Part shown: positions 39,523 through 52,298 of the stretch, in pieces
Layout of the letters: each line of letters opens with the position of its first letter
Numbering within the stretch: position 1 is the first letter of the stretch
Assembly: GCA_964016885.1 (NCBI GenBank)
Contig: OZ024743.1
Span: 75,764,001-75,828,000 of the forward strand
Reading direction: 5' to 3'
Source: Eledone cirrhosa
Lineage: Eukaryota
DNA length: 64,000 bases
Position numbers and translations under genes: made by a program
Notes under the pieces: generated by a model
What the model saw: only the letters and a program-made list of their open reading frames with translations
Told to the model about the DNA's origin: nothing
Database searches by the model: none

Positions 39523-39685
39523 ATCTATCTAGCTTCACATATATACACACACGTCCACATAAGGTTTGATCCGTTTAGGCTAGTATTGTCCCAAACCATG
39601 TCTAACTTCCTAGCACCACCTGGCGAAGTTTTTAAAGTTATATTTCACGTTTAAGTTATACTTTGAGACACTAAAGTGCATCCGA

Positions 39686-39883
39686 ATAGGGAATTGTTCT
39701 TGGTTGAAACAGGTCTGACTATAGGGGATTTATACAGTATTTCTTGACATGAAATAGGGAGTTGTTCTTGGTTGAAACAGGTCCGACTATAGGGGATTTA
39801 TACAGTATTTCTTGACATGAAATAGGGAGTTGTTCTTGGTTGAAACAGGTCCGACTATGGGGGATTTATACAGTATTTCTTGA
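39686..39883. repeat. 68-bp tandem repeat, 3 copies
   Basis: aatagggagttgttcttggttgaaacaggtccgactataggggatttatacagtatttcttgacatga. Confidence 0.92.
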
Positions 39884-40313
39884 AAAGATTTGTTCAGATA
39901 CAGTTTGAAGATTATATGATATTTGAATTGTTATGATGTTGAAGAGCAAATGTTAGTTGAAGTGAAATAATTGTGTTGTAATGTTATGGGATGTGAAGAT
40001 ACGTAAGACAGGAGAGCTAAACCTTGGCTCAACTTAATGCCAGTAACATTTAGGCAATATTAATGGGATATATCCCAGACCATACAGATGATACAGCACA
40101 GGCTTGGCAACCTTTTTCGAGCAGTGGGTCGCATCGCATAGGATGTAGATCATCTGACGACTAAAAAATTCAAGGGGAATTTGAAATTAGGCGTTCAATT
40201 CAGAATGCTAAACGGGCTGCATATATATATATATATATGCACTTACCAATGAAACGGTCGTAAATACCTGGATTAAATCCTTCTCTTAATGCTTACCTGC
40301 GTTTTCTCTTTTA

Positions 40314-40362
<49 letters not shown>

Positions 40363-40365
<3 letters not shown>

Positions 40366-40449
40366 CAGATTAAAGTTTAAGCAAAGAATCGGTGCTTTCA
40401 CCCTTAACGGGATCTTCAGAAGATCCCGTTAAGGGTGAAAGGAGCGATT
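40363..40449 (-). mobile_element. Mini fold-back copy of the 55971-57259 family terminus
   Basis: 23-bp perfect arms 40395-40417 and 40419-40441. The tail acagattaaagtttaagcaaagaatc matches 55987-56011. Confidence 0.85.
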
Positions 40450-40461
40450 TATTATTATTAC

Positions 40462-40509
<48 letters not shown>

Positions 40510-40516
<7 letters not shown>

Positions 40517-40736
40517 AAAAAATAAACAAAAATAACAAAACATTAACGACACAGTACAATAAAGAAATATATTAGTTTAATGCTTGAAATAATAGGAAAA
40601 GAGTCTTAACGTTTCAGACATTACTCGTCCACCAGAAGAAAGAATGTGAAATAAAAGATGAAATAGAAAGATAGAGAGAGAGAAGAGGAAGGAACGGAGA
40701 AGAAATTAAGAAAAAAGACACGGGCGTATACAGTAT

Positions 40737-40740
<4 letters not shown>
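40510..40740 (-). mobile_element. PLE-type terminus with a degenerate minimal hammerhead (40604-40639), between microsatellites
   Basis: Minus strand TCTT-CTGGTG-GAC-GAGTAAT-GTC-T-GAAACGT-T-AAGA. Confidence 0.5.
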
Positions 40741-40780
<40 letters not shown>

Positions 40781-40820
40781 TCCAAAATATTAGCAAAATA
40801 GATATTCTTGTGATCAAGTA

Positions 40821-40887
40821 TATTTTATTATACATATTTCAGAGGTACTGAGTTAACTTCAACAGTACGTCCTCATCAGATAAAATA
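40821..40887 (-). ncRNA. Type I hammerhead ribozyme with a complete core
   Basis: Minus strand: stem I TATTTTAT / CTGATGA / stem II GGAcGTACTG..CAGTACcTCT / GAAA-TATGTA-T-A / ATAAAATA. Stem I is a perfect 8 bp, and (TA)n follows ~45 nt downstream. Confidence 0.8.
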
Positions 40888-40928
40888 AGATGATGCATGA
40901 CATACCCTGACATAGTAGATGGTTAAGA

Positions 40929-40961
40929 TTCAGTCATGGTAGTGTCACTACCATGACTGAA
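40929..40961. repeat. Perfect 16-bp hairpin running into GAAAC (probable hammerhead stem II remnant, + strand)
   Basis: ttcagtcatggtagtg-t-cactaccatgactgaa(actgttgagt). Confidence 0.7.
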
Positions 40962-41596
40962 ACTGTTGAGTGCTTCCAATCTATTGTAAAACTCATTGTT
41001 TGACTTATTCAATGAACACTGTTTAACCTTTAAAAAAAAATAATATATATATAGGTATTAGAATTGACGTGTGTGTGTGTGTGAAGAGAGAAATATATTA
41101 GTGAGCAAGCCGGAGGAGAGACTAAAATGTGAATGTGTGAGAAAATATTCTTCAAACCTACAAAGATAGAACGTGAAAAAAACATGGCTTAAATAGTTGG
41201 TAACTGCCAAAAATATGTTGGGATGAAAATGTAGGAGTTTGAGTAACTTTACACTTATTACTGGCTAGTACTAAACGGGGGAAACGCCCTCATTGGTTGT
41301 TTATTGTCCAGCTTAGGGATTAGTTGAGGGAAGAATTTTGATATAAGGGTAGTCAGTATATGGATCTGATCTGGAGTTAGACGTATGACTGTGTAAATAT
41401 GCTGGTGAGTGTGTGTGTGTGTATGAGTGTGTGTGTATATACGTATGTGTATACATATATGTTTATCTGTTCATATCTGTATGTTTGTATATATATATGT
41501 GTGTGCCTGTGTATATATATATATGTGTGTGTATGTGTGTGTGTGTATAAACACATAAAATATATACATATATAAAGGGAGTCTATATATTATACA

Positions 41597-41666
<70 letters not shown>

Positions 41667-41793
41667 TATATATGTATATATATACATATATATGTATAAT
41701 ATATAGACTCCCTTTATTTATATATGTATAGATGTATGTATGTGTTTATACACACACACATACACACACATATACACACATATATATATATAT

Positions 41794-41836
<43 letters not shown>

Positions 41837-41859
41837 CATACATACATACATACATACAT

Positions 41860-41954
<95 letters not shown>

Positions 41955-41964
41955 CATATATATA

Positions 41965-42520
41965 TAAATATAAGTATGTATACGTACATACATATATGTA
42001 TACAGACGTACAGTAGTATGTATATACATACACACATGCACACATATATATATATGTACGTATGGGTTTACCGAACATTTATTATAATGCTCGGTTTGCA
42101 TGTAAACAAACAGCCCGAATTATTAGCCGTACAGTGTTCGGCAACCATCGTTGCCCTTTTGATCAAAACTGACAAAAGAACGATGAACTAGTTTCAAACA
42201 TTCAATCGACTGACAGGATGCTGATGACAGCTAAGAAGCTAGAAACTAGTTCATCGTTCCTTTCTCAGTGTTGAACAAAATGGCAACGATGGTTACCGAA
42301 CACTGTACGGCTAATAATTCGGGCTGTTTGTTTACAAAAAAACCGAGCATTATAATAAATTTTCGGTAAACCCATACGTACATATATATATATTTGTGCA
42401 TGTATGTATGTATATATATATACTACTGTACGTCTGTATACATATATGTATGTACGTATACATACTTATATTTAAGTATCAGCCGTACTAAGAGTGAGAA
42501 ATGAAATTTCATTTTTTCCA
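41965..42520 (+). mobile_element. Fold-back PLE-type terminus with ~230-bp inverted arms, embedded in (TA)n
   Basis: Arms 41965-42195 and 42242-42474. The loop carries the 5' half of a hammerhead. Confidence 0.85.
42217..42255 (+). ncRNA. Minimal type I hammerhead ribozyme
   Basis: GATG-CTGATGA-c-AGCT-aaga-AGCT-a-GAAACTAGT-T-CATC, with a 4-bp stem I and palindromic stem III (ACTAGT). Confidence 0.7.
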
Positions 42521-42546
42521 CATATATATATACATATATATATATG

Positions 42547-42899
<353 letters not shown>

Positions 42900-42966
42900 G
42901 TGTGTGTGTATCTGTGTGTGTATGTATGTATGTGTGTATGTGTGTGTATGTGAGTATGTGTGTGTT

Positions 42967-43035
<69 letters not shown>

Positions 43036-43349
43036 GTGTGTGTGTATGTGTGTGTATGTGTATGTGTATGTGTGTGTGTGTATGTGTGTGTGTATGTGTG
43101 TGTGTGTTGTGTGTTGTGTGTGTGTATATATATGTGTGTGTGTATATATATGTGTGTGTGTATATATATGTGTGTGTGTATGTGTGTGTATGTGTATGTG
43201 TATGTGTGTGTGTGTATGTGTGTGTGTGTTATGTGTTGTGTGTGTATATATATATGTGTGTGTGTGTGTAGTTCCTGCTGGATCATCAAACGTAAGAAAA
43301 TCACATCTTAAAATACTGAAACCCATTAAAATAAGTCAGTTCCTTCCCA

Positions 43350-45365
43350 ACAGCAGCAGTAGCAACAGTATCAGTAACAGTAGCAGCAGTAGCAACAGTA
43401 GCAACAGTAGCAGTAACAGTAGCAGCAGTAGCAGCAGTAGGAGCAGTAGCAGCAACAGTAGCAGCAGCAACAGCAGAAGTAGTAGCAGCAGTAGCAACAG
43501 CAGCAGTAGCAGCAGTAACAGTAGCAGTAGCAGTAGCAGCAGTAGCAGCAGTAGCAGTAACAGCAACAGCAACAGTAGTAGCAACAGCAGAAACAACAGT
43601 AATAGTAACAACAGGAACAGCAGCAATAGTACTAACAACAGCAGCAATAGTAACAACAACAACAATAGTAACAACAGCAGAAATAGTAACAACAGCAGCA
43701 GCAATAGTAACAACAGCAGCAATAGTAACAACAGCAGCAATAGTAACAACAGCAGCAATAGTAACAACAGCAACAGTAGGAACAACAGCATCAATAGTAA
43801 CAACAGCAGCAGCAATAGTAACAACAGCAACAGTAGTAACAACAGCAGCAATAGTAACAACAACAACAGTAGTAACAACAGCAACAGTAGTAACAACAGC
43901 AGCAATAGTAACAACAGCAACAATAGTAACAACAGCAACAGTAGTAACAACAGCAGCAATAGTAACAACAGCAGCAATAGTAACAACAGCAACAGTAGTA
44001 ACAACAGCAGCAGCAATAGTAACAACAGCAACAGTAGTAACAACAGCAGCAGCAATAGTAACAACAGCAACAGTAGTAACAACAGCAGCAATAGTAACAA
44101 CAGCAACAGTAGTAACAACAGCAGCAATAGTAACAACAGCAGCAATAGTAACAACAGCAGCAGCAATAGTAACAACAGCAACAGTAGTAACAACAGCAGC
44201 AATAGTAACAACAGCAACAGTAGTAACAACAGCAGCAATAGTAACAACAGCAGCAATAGTAACAACAGCAGCAGCAATAGTAACAACAGCAACAATAGTA
44301 ACAACAGCAGCAATAGTAACAACAGCAGCAATAGTAACAACAGCAGCAGCAATAGTAACAACAGCAACAGTAGTAACAACAGCAGCAATAGTAACAATAG
44401 CAACAGTAGTAACAACAGCAGCAGCAATAGTAACAACAGCAACAGTAGTAACAACAGCAGCAATAGTAACAACAGCAACAGTAGTAACAACAGCAGCAAT
44501 AGTAACAACAACAACAGTAGTAACAACAGCAACAGTAGTAACAACAGCAGCAATAGTAACAACAGCAGCAATAGTAACAACAGCAACAGTAGTAACAACA
44601 GCAGCAATAGTAACAACAGCAACAGTAGTAACAACAGCAACAGTAGTAACAACAGCAGCAATAGTAACAACAACAGCAGCAGCAATAGTAACAACAGCAA
44701 CAGTAGTAACAACAGCAGCAATAGTAACAACAGCAGCAATAGTAACAACAATAGCAGCAGCAATAGTAACAACAACAACAACAACAACAGCAGTAACAAC
44801 AGCAGCAATAGTAACAACAGCAGCAGCAATAGTAACAACAGCAACAGTAGTAACAACAGCAGCAATAGTAACAACAGCAACAGTAGTAACAACAGCAACA
44901 GTAGTAACAACAGCAGCAATAGTAACAACAGCAGCAATAGTAACAACATTAGAAGCAACAACAGCAGCAATATTAATAACAGCAACAGTAGTAACAGCAG
45001 CAGCAATAGTAACAACAGCAGCAATAGTAACAACACAACAGCAACAGTAGTAACAACAGCAGCAAAATTACAACAGCAGCAATAGTAACAACAGCAACAG
45101 TAGTAACAACAGCAGCAATAGTAACAACATTAGAAGCAACAACAGCAGCAATATTAATAACAGCAACAGTAGTAACAGCAGCAGCAATAGTAACAACAGC
45201 AGCAATAGTAACAACACAACAGCAACAGTAGTAACAACAGCAGCAAAATTACAACAGCAGCAATAGTAACAACAGCAACAGTAGTAACAACAGCAGCAAT
45301 AGTAACAACAGCAGCAATAGTAACAACAACAGCAGCAATAGTAACCAGCACAGCAGCAACAGTAG
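43350..45365. repeat. Compound AAC/AGC/AGT/AAT trinucleotide array with a ~181-bp duplication near the end
   Basis: Produces the poly-Ser/Asn (+) and poly-Leu (-) pseudo-ORFs. Confidence 0.95.
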
Positions 45366-45519
45366 AAGTTTCACTACGACATTACATCTGTCCGACAGCA
45401 TCTCCCACGAAGGAGCTCCTCCATAGAACTGGTCTAAATGAGACAGATAACCACCTGGGAGACGAGGAGGACCTTTTTGATAAATACTCCCTGATAACCA
45501 AAACCTTTCACACAAGAAA

Positions 45520-45870
45520 TTATACTTTCTCCAGCCGCAACTGGTGCAGTCTGCGACTAACCCAGGTTCTGCTGCACGCCGACTGAGGAAGCCAAACTCT
45601 TCAAATACCGGTCCCTCTCCGACAGGTTTGTGGTCGTACCCTTGGCAGTGAACACTTCTGGTGTCCTCGGCCCTAGGGCTACCTCCCTACTCACCACCAT
45701 AGGCGCTGAGCTGGCCAGCCGCAAGTGCGAGCCTCGCGAGCTGGAATGGATTTTCCAGCGCGTCTCCCTTGCCGTCCTCTGCGGAAACGCCTTCTCCATT
45801 CTGTCCGCCGGGGCTGTGGGGAGGCCACCAATATGATTGACAGACTTGTCATTTTATCAGTCGGGTGTTC
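45520..45870 (+). pseudogene. CRE-like non-LTR element C-terminus (RLE)
   Basis: EEAKLFKYRSLSDRFVVVPLAVNTSGVLGP...EWIFQRVSLAVLCGNAFSIL. Confidence 0.8.
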
Positions 45871-45901
45871 TAATGATTCTATATATATATACATTCCTTA
45901 G

Positions 45902-46071
45902 AAATTACACAGTAATACCGCAGTGAATGAATGGATGAAAAGCTGCAGACTTATCAGTAAAAATGTCATGCATGACATTGTTGTGAGAAAGCTTCAAAGT
46001 GATAATAATATAGATAAGCAAAGTAGTCCATATTGGACCAACAATTGGTATATTAGTTCTCTCTTTGAAGG
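45902..46071 (+). CDS. Candidate 170-nt host exon, gene unidentified
   Basis: cattccttag|AAATTA...TTTGAAGG|gtatgt. Open frame [56 protein letters not shown]; the other two frames are blocked. Confidence 0.45.
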
Positions 46072-46147
46072 GTATGTTTGTGTTGATGTCGTCTAAATAT
46101 ATACACAATACAAAAACCAGAAGAACACACACACACACACATATATG

Positions 46148-46273
<126 letters not shown>

Positions 46274-46394
46274 GACACACACATATATATATCACCTGGG
46301 TAAACCGATGATAAGACAAAACAGATAGAAAAGAAAACGACTGTATTGGATGTTTGTCTGGTTTGCAGTATGAAGCGAGACCGTAAAGAAATCA

Positions 46395-46798
46395 TCCAGA
46401 TACACCAAATTCTTCATTTTACCGTTCCTGTATAGTATATGAAGATTTCTAGATCTTCCCACTCATGAACAACCTACATATAACTGTCTATGGGTAAAAC
46501 ACGATTCTCATGTATTCAATTCTACAGCTTTGAAACTCTGAGTCTGAGCTTTATGTATGGTCATAGCAAAACTGGGTCTAACAGGGAACTAAAGTCTTGA
46601 GAATTTGAATAGCAGCTTGGTAGAGGAAGGGACAAGAGGAATGTTGGGAATAAATACATCTTCTCCTTGATGATTGCCTCCAACAATAGTGACCTCTAGG
46701 AGATGGTTCATCATCCTCCTGATTGTAAAGTGTGTCATTGCATAGACGGGGTTTGGTTGGTCCATGTTTCTTGAAAGGATGATGGAAGTTTCAATCTT
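46395..46798 (-). pseudogene. Helitron-type PIF1 helicase C-terminal remnant
   Basis: GEDVFIPNIPLVPS..LLFKFSRL*FPVRPSFAMTIHKAQTQS...CFTHRQLYVGCS. Confidence 0.88.
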
Positions 46799-46835
46799 TG
46801 ATATTATATGTATATATATATAGATAATTATATAT

Positions 46836-46872
<37 letters not shown>

Positions 46873-47689
46873 CATGTGTGTGCTCATGTGTGTGTATGTA
46901 TGTGTGCCCATGTGTGTGTATGTGTATGTATATATAAACCAGCATTCGAATCGGTGACGAATGCCGCGAAACACGGTCATCACTGACAATGAACGTGCAG
47001 AGAGAATCCCTTATGGTTGTCTCCCAACCTGCTAGAAATAGCAGTCAGGCTGGTTAGCATACTCAGGATGTTTTCTTCGTTGATGTTATAAAATTAGTAT
47101 CAATAAACCTTACTTTTCGATTATCACTTTCGTTTTTGTGTGATGTGCTAAGGAACCAACCAACCAGCCAACCAACATCTCTCTTTTATATTATGTATAG
47201 ATAAGCACCGAGACATCTTACACGTACAAGGATGCAACAGTCAAAAGGTTGGCGTTCTAAACAGAGAGAACACTGTGCAGAACAAAAAAGTTTATTCCAT
47301 CGTGTCAATGTCACGTGTGATAAAACACCGAAAACAAATGAATCATCGGAGCAGTTTAAAGAACACCCAACCACAATTCCTCAGTTATCTCTCAGATCGA
47401 AGACCCAGGCTTGCAACAGAGTGAGCTCTATTAAAGGCACCAACAAAATTGAACTTACACATCAGCTTTTTCGTAGAGATTCTTAAGTTAAAAAATAATT
47501 GTTCGACATTATATTATCATGGATCAGTCCGTATTTCGGATCGAAATGTTATTAATATATCCGATCCGTGGCTGAGCAATACATTGGCAGAACTGATAGA
47601 CCCTTCCAAGGAACCCCATTTCGGCCGCTTGTATTTATGATCGTATTCTTTTGGTTATTACACAAGATTCGTGATCACAGGTAAGGGTT

Positions 47690-48140
47690 GACACGAATAC
47701 CGAATTGAAGTTTGGCTTTTACACCTACTTACCTTCTTCTGATTACTGAATGCTGAAGCTGGCACATTACTGCACCAATTCCTGCAATTCCTGCTCTTAA
47801 TTCAACCCCCTGCCTTCCATCACTCGTGATCACGGCCCCGAGATACTTGAACTTTTCTACCTGCTTCTGTAGAAGCCTACTCACATGTAGCGTGCACTGT
47901 GCAAAGTTTCCTTGAGAGGACGAGTGCCTCAGTCATCGCAGCACTGATTTTCATTCCAGCCATGCAACACTTGGCATCAAACCCGTGCATATCGGAGATG
48001 AACTTCTGACGAGTTAAGGAACACCTTGTTGTCTGCAAATTCCAGCAGACTGATCCTACACCCGCCAGTCATAATATCGCTTCCAGCCCGGCTGCGCATC
48101 TCAATCCTGTTCACGATGATTATAAACAGGAGAGGAAACA
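47690..48140 (-). mobile_element. Decayed RTE-like LINE RT fragment
   Basis: Minus frames include LFPLLFII, EFADNK and QVEKFKYLG. It resembles the 18870 region. Confidence 0.6.
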
Positions 48141-48601
48141 AGTCATATTCTTCATAAACAGGATTGACATGCGCAATTCAATTCTGAACAGAATTATAAA
48201 TGTCTAAAACACGGTGTATTTGCCAGAAGTGTAATTACTCAATAGCTTATTAAATGTAAAGTACCGTAGTTAAACAATCTTTCTACATTGGCCATTAATG
48301 TTGGGATATGTAAAGTTACTCAACGCTATTGTATTACATTTTTTCAATCAAAACTGCTTTTGTTTTCAAACATCTGTTTGGAAGTGAAATTTTGTTTTTA
48401 ACTCCTAGCGCTGTTATCACCCACTTATATAGAAATAGCTTTCATTCAACGCTTATGACTTTCTTGTGTGTAGTTCACTTGTGTGTTTGTTGGTGCTGTG
48501 TGTTTGTATGTGTGTGTGTGTCTGTGGATATATATATATATGTGTGTGTCTGTGTGTGTGTGTATGAGATATATACATACACGCAAACGCACACAACATA
48601 T

Positions 48602-48650
<49 letters not shown>

Positions 48651-48836
48651 GAGAGAGGGGGGGAGAAGCAGAGACAGGAAGCGAGAAGGAGAGAGAGAGA
48701 GACAAAGACAAGAAGCGAGAGAGAGAGAGAGACAAAGACAAGAAGAGAGAGAGAGGGAGAGAGAGACAGAGAGGAGAGAAAGACAGACAGGAAGCGCGCG
48801 CGCGTGAGAGAGAGAGTGAGAGTGAGAGAGAGAGGC

Positions 48837-48891
<55 letters not shown>

Positions 48892-49239
48892 GATGTGAAT
48901 ATGTGTGAATATGTGTCACCATGAATTTGTAACTGTCTTTACAACAGTATATCTGTGATGGTGACCAAATGTCATTGCACGTGTAAACAATTATATATAC
49001 GTGTGTATATATATATATATTTTATCTGTATCATTATATATATGTATATGTGTACGTGTGTATGTGTGTATGTATGTATATCTGTATGTGTGGGAGTGTG
49101 TATGTGTGTATATATGCACGTATATATGTACGTTATCTGTATCATTATATATCTACATGGTAAACATTGAATATATATATGCGTGTATAAGTGTGTATGT
49201 ACATATGTGTGTATGTGTGAATCTATATAAGTGTATATG

Positions 49240-49850
49240 TGTGTGTGTATGTGTATAAGTGTGAATCTATGTAAATATGTTTGTTTATGTGTGTATATGT
49301 GTATGTGTATATGTGTATAAGTGTGTATATGTATGTATGTATGTGTGTAAGTGTGCATGTGTATGTATGTGTGAATGTGTGTATGTGTGTAAGTGTGAAT
49401 CTGTGTGTGTATGTGTATGTATGTGTATATGTGTGTATGTGTGTATGTGTGTATGTGTATAAGTGTGAATCTATGTAAATATGTTTGTTTATGTGTGTAT
49501 ATGTGTATGTGTATATGTGTATAAGTGTGTATATGTATGTATGTATGTGTGTAAGTGTGCATGTGTATGTATGTGTGAATGTGTGTATGTGTGTAAGTGT
49601 GAATCTGTGTGTGTATGTGTATGTATGTGTATATGTGTGTATGTGTGTAAGTGTGCATGTGTATGTATGTGTGTATGTGTGTATGTGTGAATCTGTGTGT
49701 GTATGTGTATGTATGTGTATATGTGTGTATGTGTGTATGTGTGTATGTGTGTAAGTGTGAATCTGTGTGTGTATGTGTATGTATGTGTGTATGTGTGTAT
49801 GTGTGTATGTGTGTATGTGTGTAGGTGTGTAAGTATGAATCTGTACGTAT
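49240..49850. repeat. (TG/TATG)-derived repeat with a 204-bp higher-order duplication
   Basis: Near-identical ORF translations start at 49277 and 49481. Confidence 0.85.
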
Positions 49851-50109
49851 GTGTTTCCGGTTGTCTACTCTGGAATTTCCTTTATTAAACAAAAGACACA
49901 GAAAACAACTTCAACTTCAAAGAACTACTTAGTTTCTTTCAACATTAACAAGGGAGATAAATCTTTAGATCTGCTAAAATAGTTCTATATTTAGCAGGCG
50001 ACAATCACTGATATAACACTCTCAGAAGACTATCGTAGAAGGAAGAGAATCTCGTGAGATTTTAACATTTGTTATTTTTGTGTTGTTTTTTTTTTTGTTA
50101 CTTTTTGTT

Positions 50110-50680
50110 CACCGTGGTCAACTTTGCATTTCATCAATACGCGATCGATAAAAAAAGTACCAGTCAAGTACTGATTTCGATTCTTCCTCTATATCTTATA
50201 TATCTTTCTCTCATTCTCTTTAACCTTCTCTGAAAAAATCTTCTGTATTCAGACCTTGGGAGAATTGGGCTCCGCCAGGTTTTAAAAAATGCCCAGAACA
50301 ACTGTCTCCAACTGATCCAGCTGGATCTCCAAACGAGACCAGCCAAGCTCATGGATGTTATCCAACCATCTTACTCGGGGTCTACCTCTGGGTCTCCTGC
50401 CGGTTGGTTTTGCCCGTAAAATCTGTCCAACGATTCTTTCCTGAGATATTCTAACCACATGCCCATAGTATCGGAGCTGTGATCCCTCAATTTGGAGAAG
50501 TAGCGGCTCTACCTGGAGTGACTCGAGCGATTCTTTCCTGAAACATTCTAATAACATGTCCATAGTATCGGAGCTGTGATCTCTCAATTCGGAGAAGAAG
50601 CAGCTCTACTTGGAGTGACACTCTGACCCCCGAGCTATGCGCTCTATTGAGTAACGTTACTCCAAAGACTCTTCGGTGAA
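50110..50680. mobile_element. SINE fragment (+) followed by LINE 3' fragments (-), including an RTE-like segment with an internal ~102-bp duplication
   Basis: VEPLLLQIEGSQLRYYGHVVRISQERIVGQILRAKPTGRRPRGRPRVRWLDNI on the minus strand. Confidence 0.85.
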
Positions 50681-50999
50681 TGATGTGAATGAATCATTTC
50701 TACCGAAGAAAAAAATATGTAATAGTGTATATGCCTATTTGAATACGATGTTTTTATGATGCAATTGGTTACAATAAAAGCTACCAGATCACTTGCCAAA
50801 CAACTACAACCAAGGACAATAGATCACAATAACACATCATACATAATAGCCGTCCAGGAAAGTTCTAGATATGCTCAACATCTCACTAATCACTATTGTG
50901 CCGATATATATTCCAACCGCGAGCTCACCCATCATATTTTCAAGCAAATTACCCAGAAATTACACAAATAGTCTTGGAGCAAGCACATAACTGTATTTT

Positions 51000-52050
51000 A
51001 CTCCGTAGGCGACTGGAAAAGAGACCGAACTGGAGTTCCTAAGAAATTGGCAGATTTTCTGACTATCTCTACAAATTGGTCCGAACACACATCTTTTGAG
51101 TAGAATCCATAAGTCCCCATTTCCCATTCAACGCCTTTGTAAAATTAATGAATACGACAAAAAGTGGGATTCGCTGCTCTTTTCCAGAATTTTTTGTCAG
51201 GTGGAAATGTTGTTGTTGATGCTTCTAAAGAGAAAGAAATTCACATTGGTGTTAGGGATGAATTCGATTTGATATTTTGACAGTTGCCTACCTGAGGAGT
51301 ATTTTTGCAAGAATTGCCCCTGCAATTAAGAGAAAAGAATTTCCTCCATAGCTTCCACAGTTTTGTCGGTACTCCTTTGAACTGTTGTGGGCGGTTAGAA
51401 TTAAAGAAGTATACAGTGTAATTCTTTCCCATCGTATTTATAAACTTCCAGGAGCTTTCCTTGAATTTTGCTCGTCTATGGTAGTTAGCACTTCCTGAAA
51501 ACACGGCAGTAATTCTAAGCTGGTATCCTCCGAAAGATGTCGGAAACGTTCTAGAGCCAAGCGAAGCTATTTACACAGTTTTGAAGTATTTAAGACTATT
51601 CAACAGAAGCGAATAATGCTTGAAAGCCGATTCAGTAACTCATTAAAATGAACCTAGCAGTGTTTCATGACACTATTTCCCTCTATGTAGAGCTGTGAGT
51701 AATTCTTACTCTTCATTGATGCATTGTCAGTCTTCTTAAGAACACATACCTCTTTCAGACTTGCATAGAAGGCTTTCACATTATGAGAACCAATAAAGCC
51801 CCGAATTTCGTCCGTTTTCTGGTCTCATTGGTTTTCAACAGCTCCTTTTAAAGCAAGACATTTGCATCTTTGAATTGACTGCAAACTTGCCATGCACCTC
51901 GTTTATTTAGAACGGATTTAGGATAGTTCAGTTTTTCAAGAAACTGCTCTTCACATAAATTTCCCCCCAAACCAGTCAGCATGTTTGCGTTTGGGGAAGT
52001 TGATTGAAGTGGTAGATGTTTTGTAGATTGCTCCATGTAGCTGCTTCCAG
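51000..52050 (-). pseudogene. Old RTE/BovB-like LINE ORF remnant
   Basis: Minus frames give DEIRGFIGSHNVKAFYASLKEV, LIAGAILAKILLR and QRIPLFVVFINFTKA. Confidence 0.7.
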
Positions 52051-52298
52051 AAAACATTTATTGGTTATAGAGTCTACTAATAACATTTAAAATATTCTGT
52101 TCAGATTTACTGCAAGTGTAAGTTACAGAGGCATCCAGTCTTTTTAATTTAATTTTACCAACTTTTTAAAAACTCTAGTCACGTAATTCAGTGAAATGTG
52201 TTGGTAGGTTTAGTATGTACCAATACGTGGTCAGTGGTCCCTATATAGTTATGAGCAAACATAGACACACTCTCGGTCCTTTCGTCCATGACCTTTGA

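Noticed and set aside
40154-40190. CTGACGA...GAAA hammerhead candidate
   Set aside because: There is no proper stem II closure, stem III or stem I, and it lies in a hAT-like end fragment.
43336-45036. 566-aa poly-Leu protein
   Set aside because: It is the antisense reading of a trinucleotide array.
46945-46987. gtgacga..gcgaaacacggtc hammerhead-like string
   Set aside because: The core and stem II are too degenerate to distinguish from chance.
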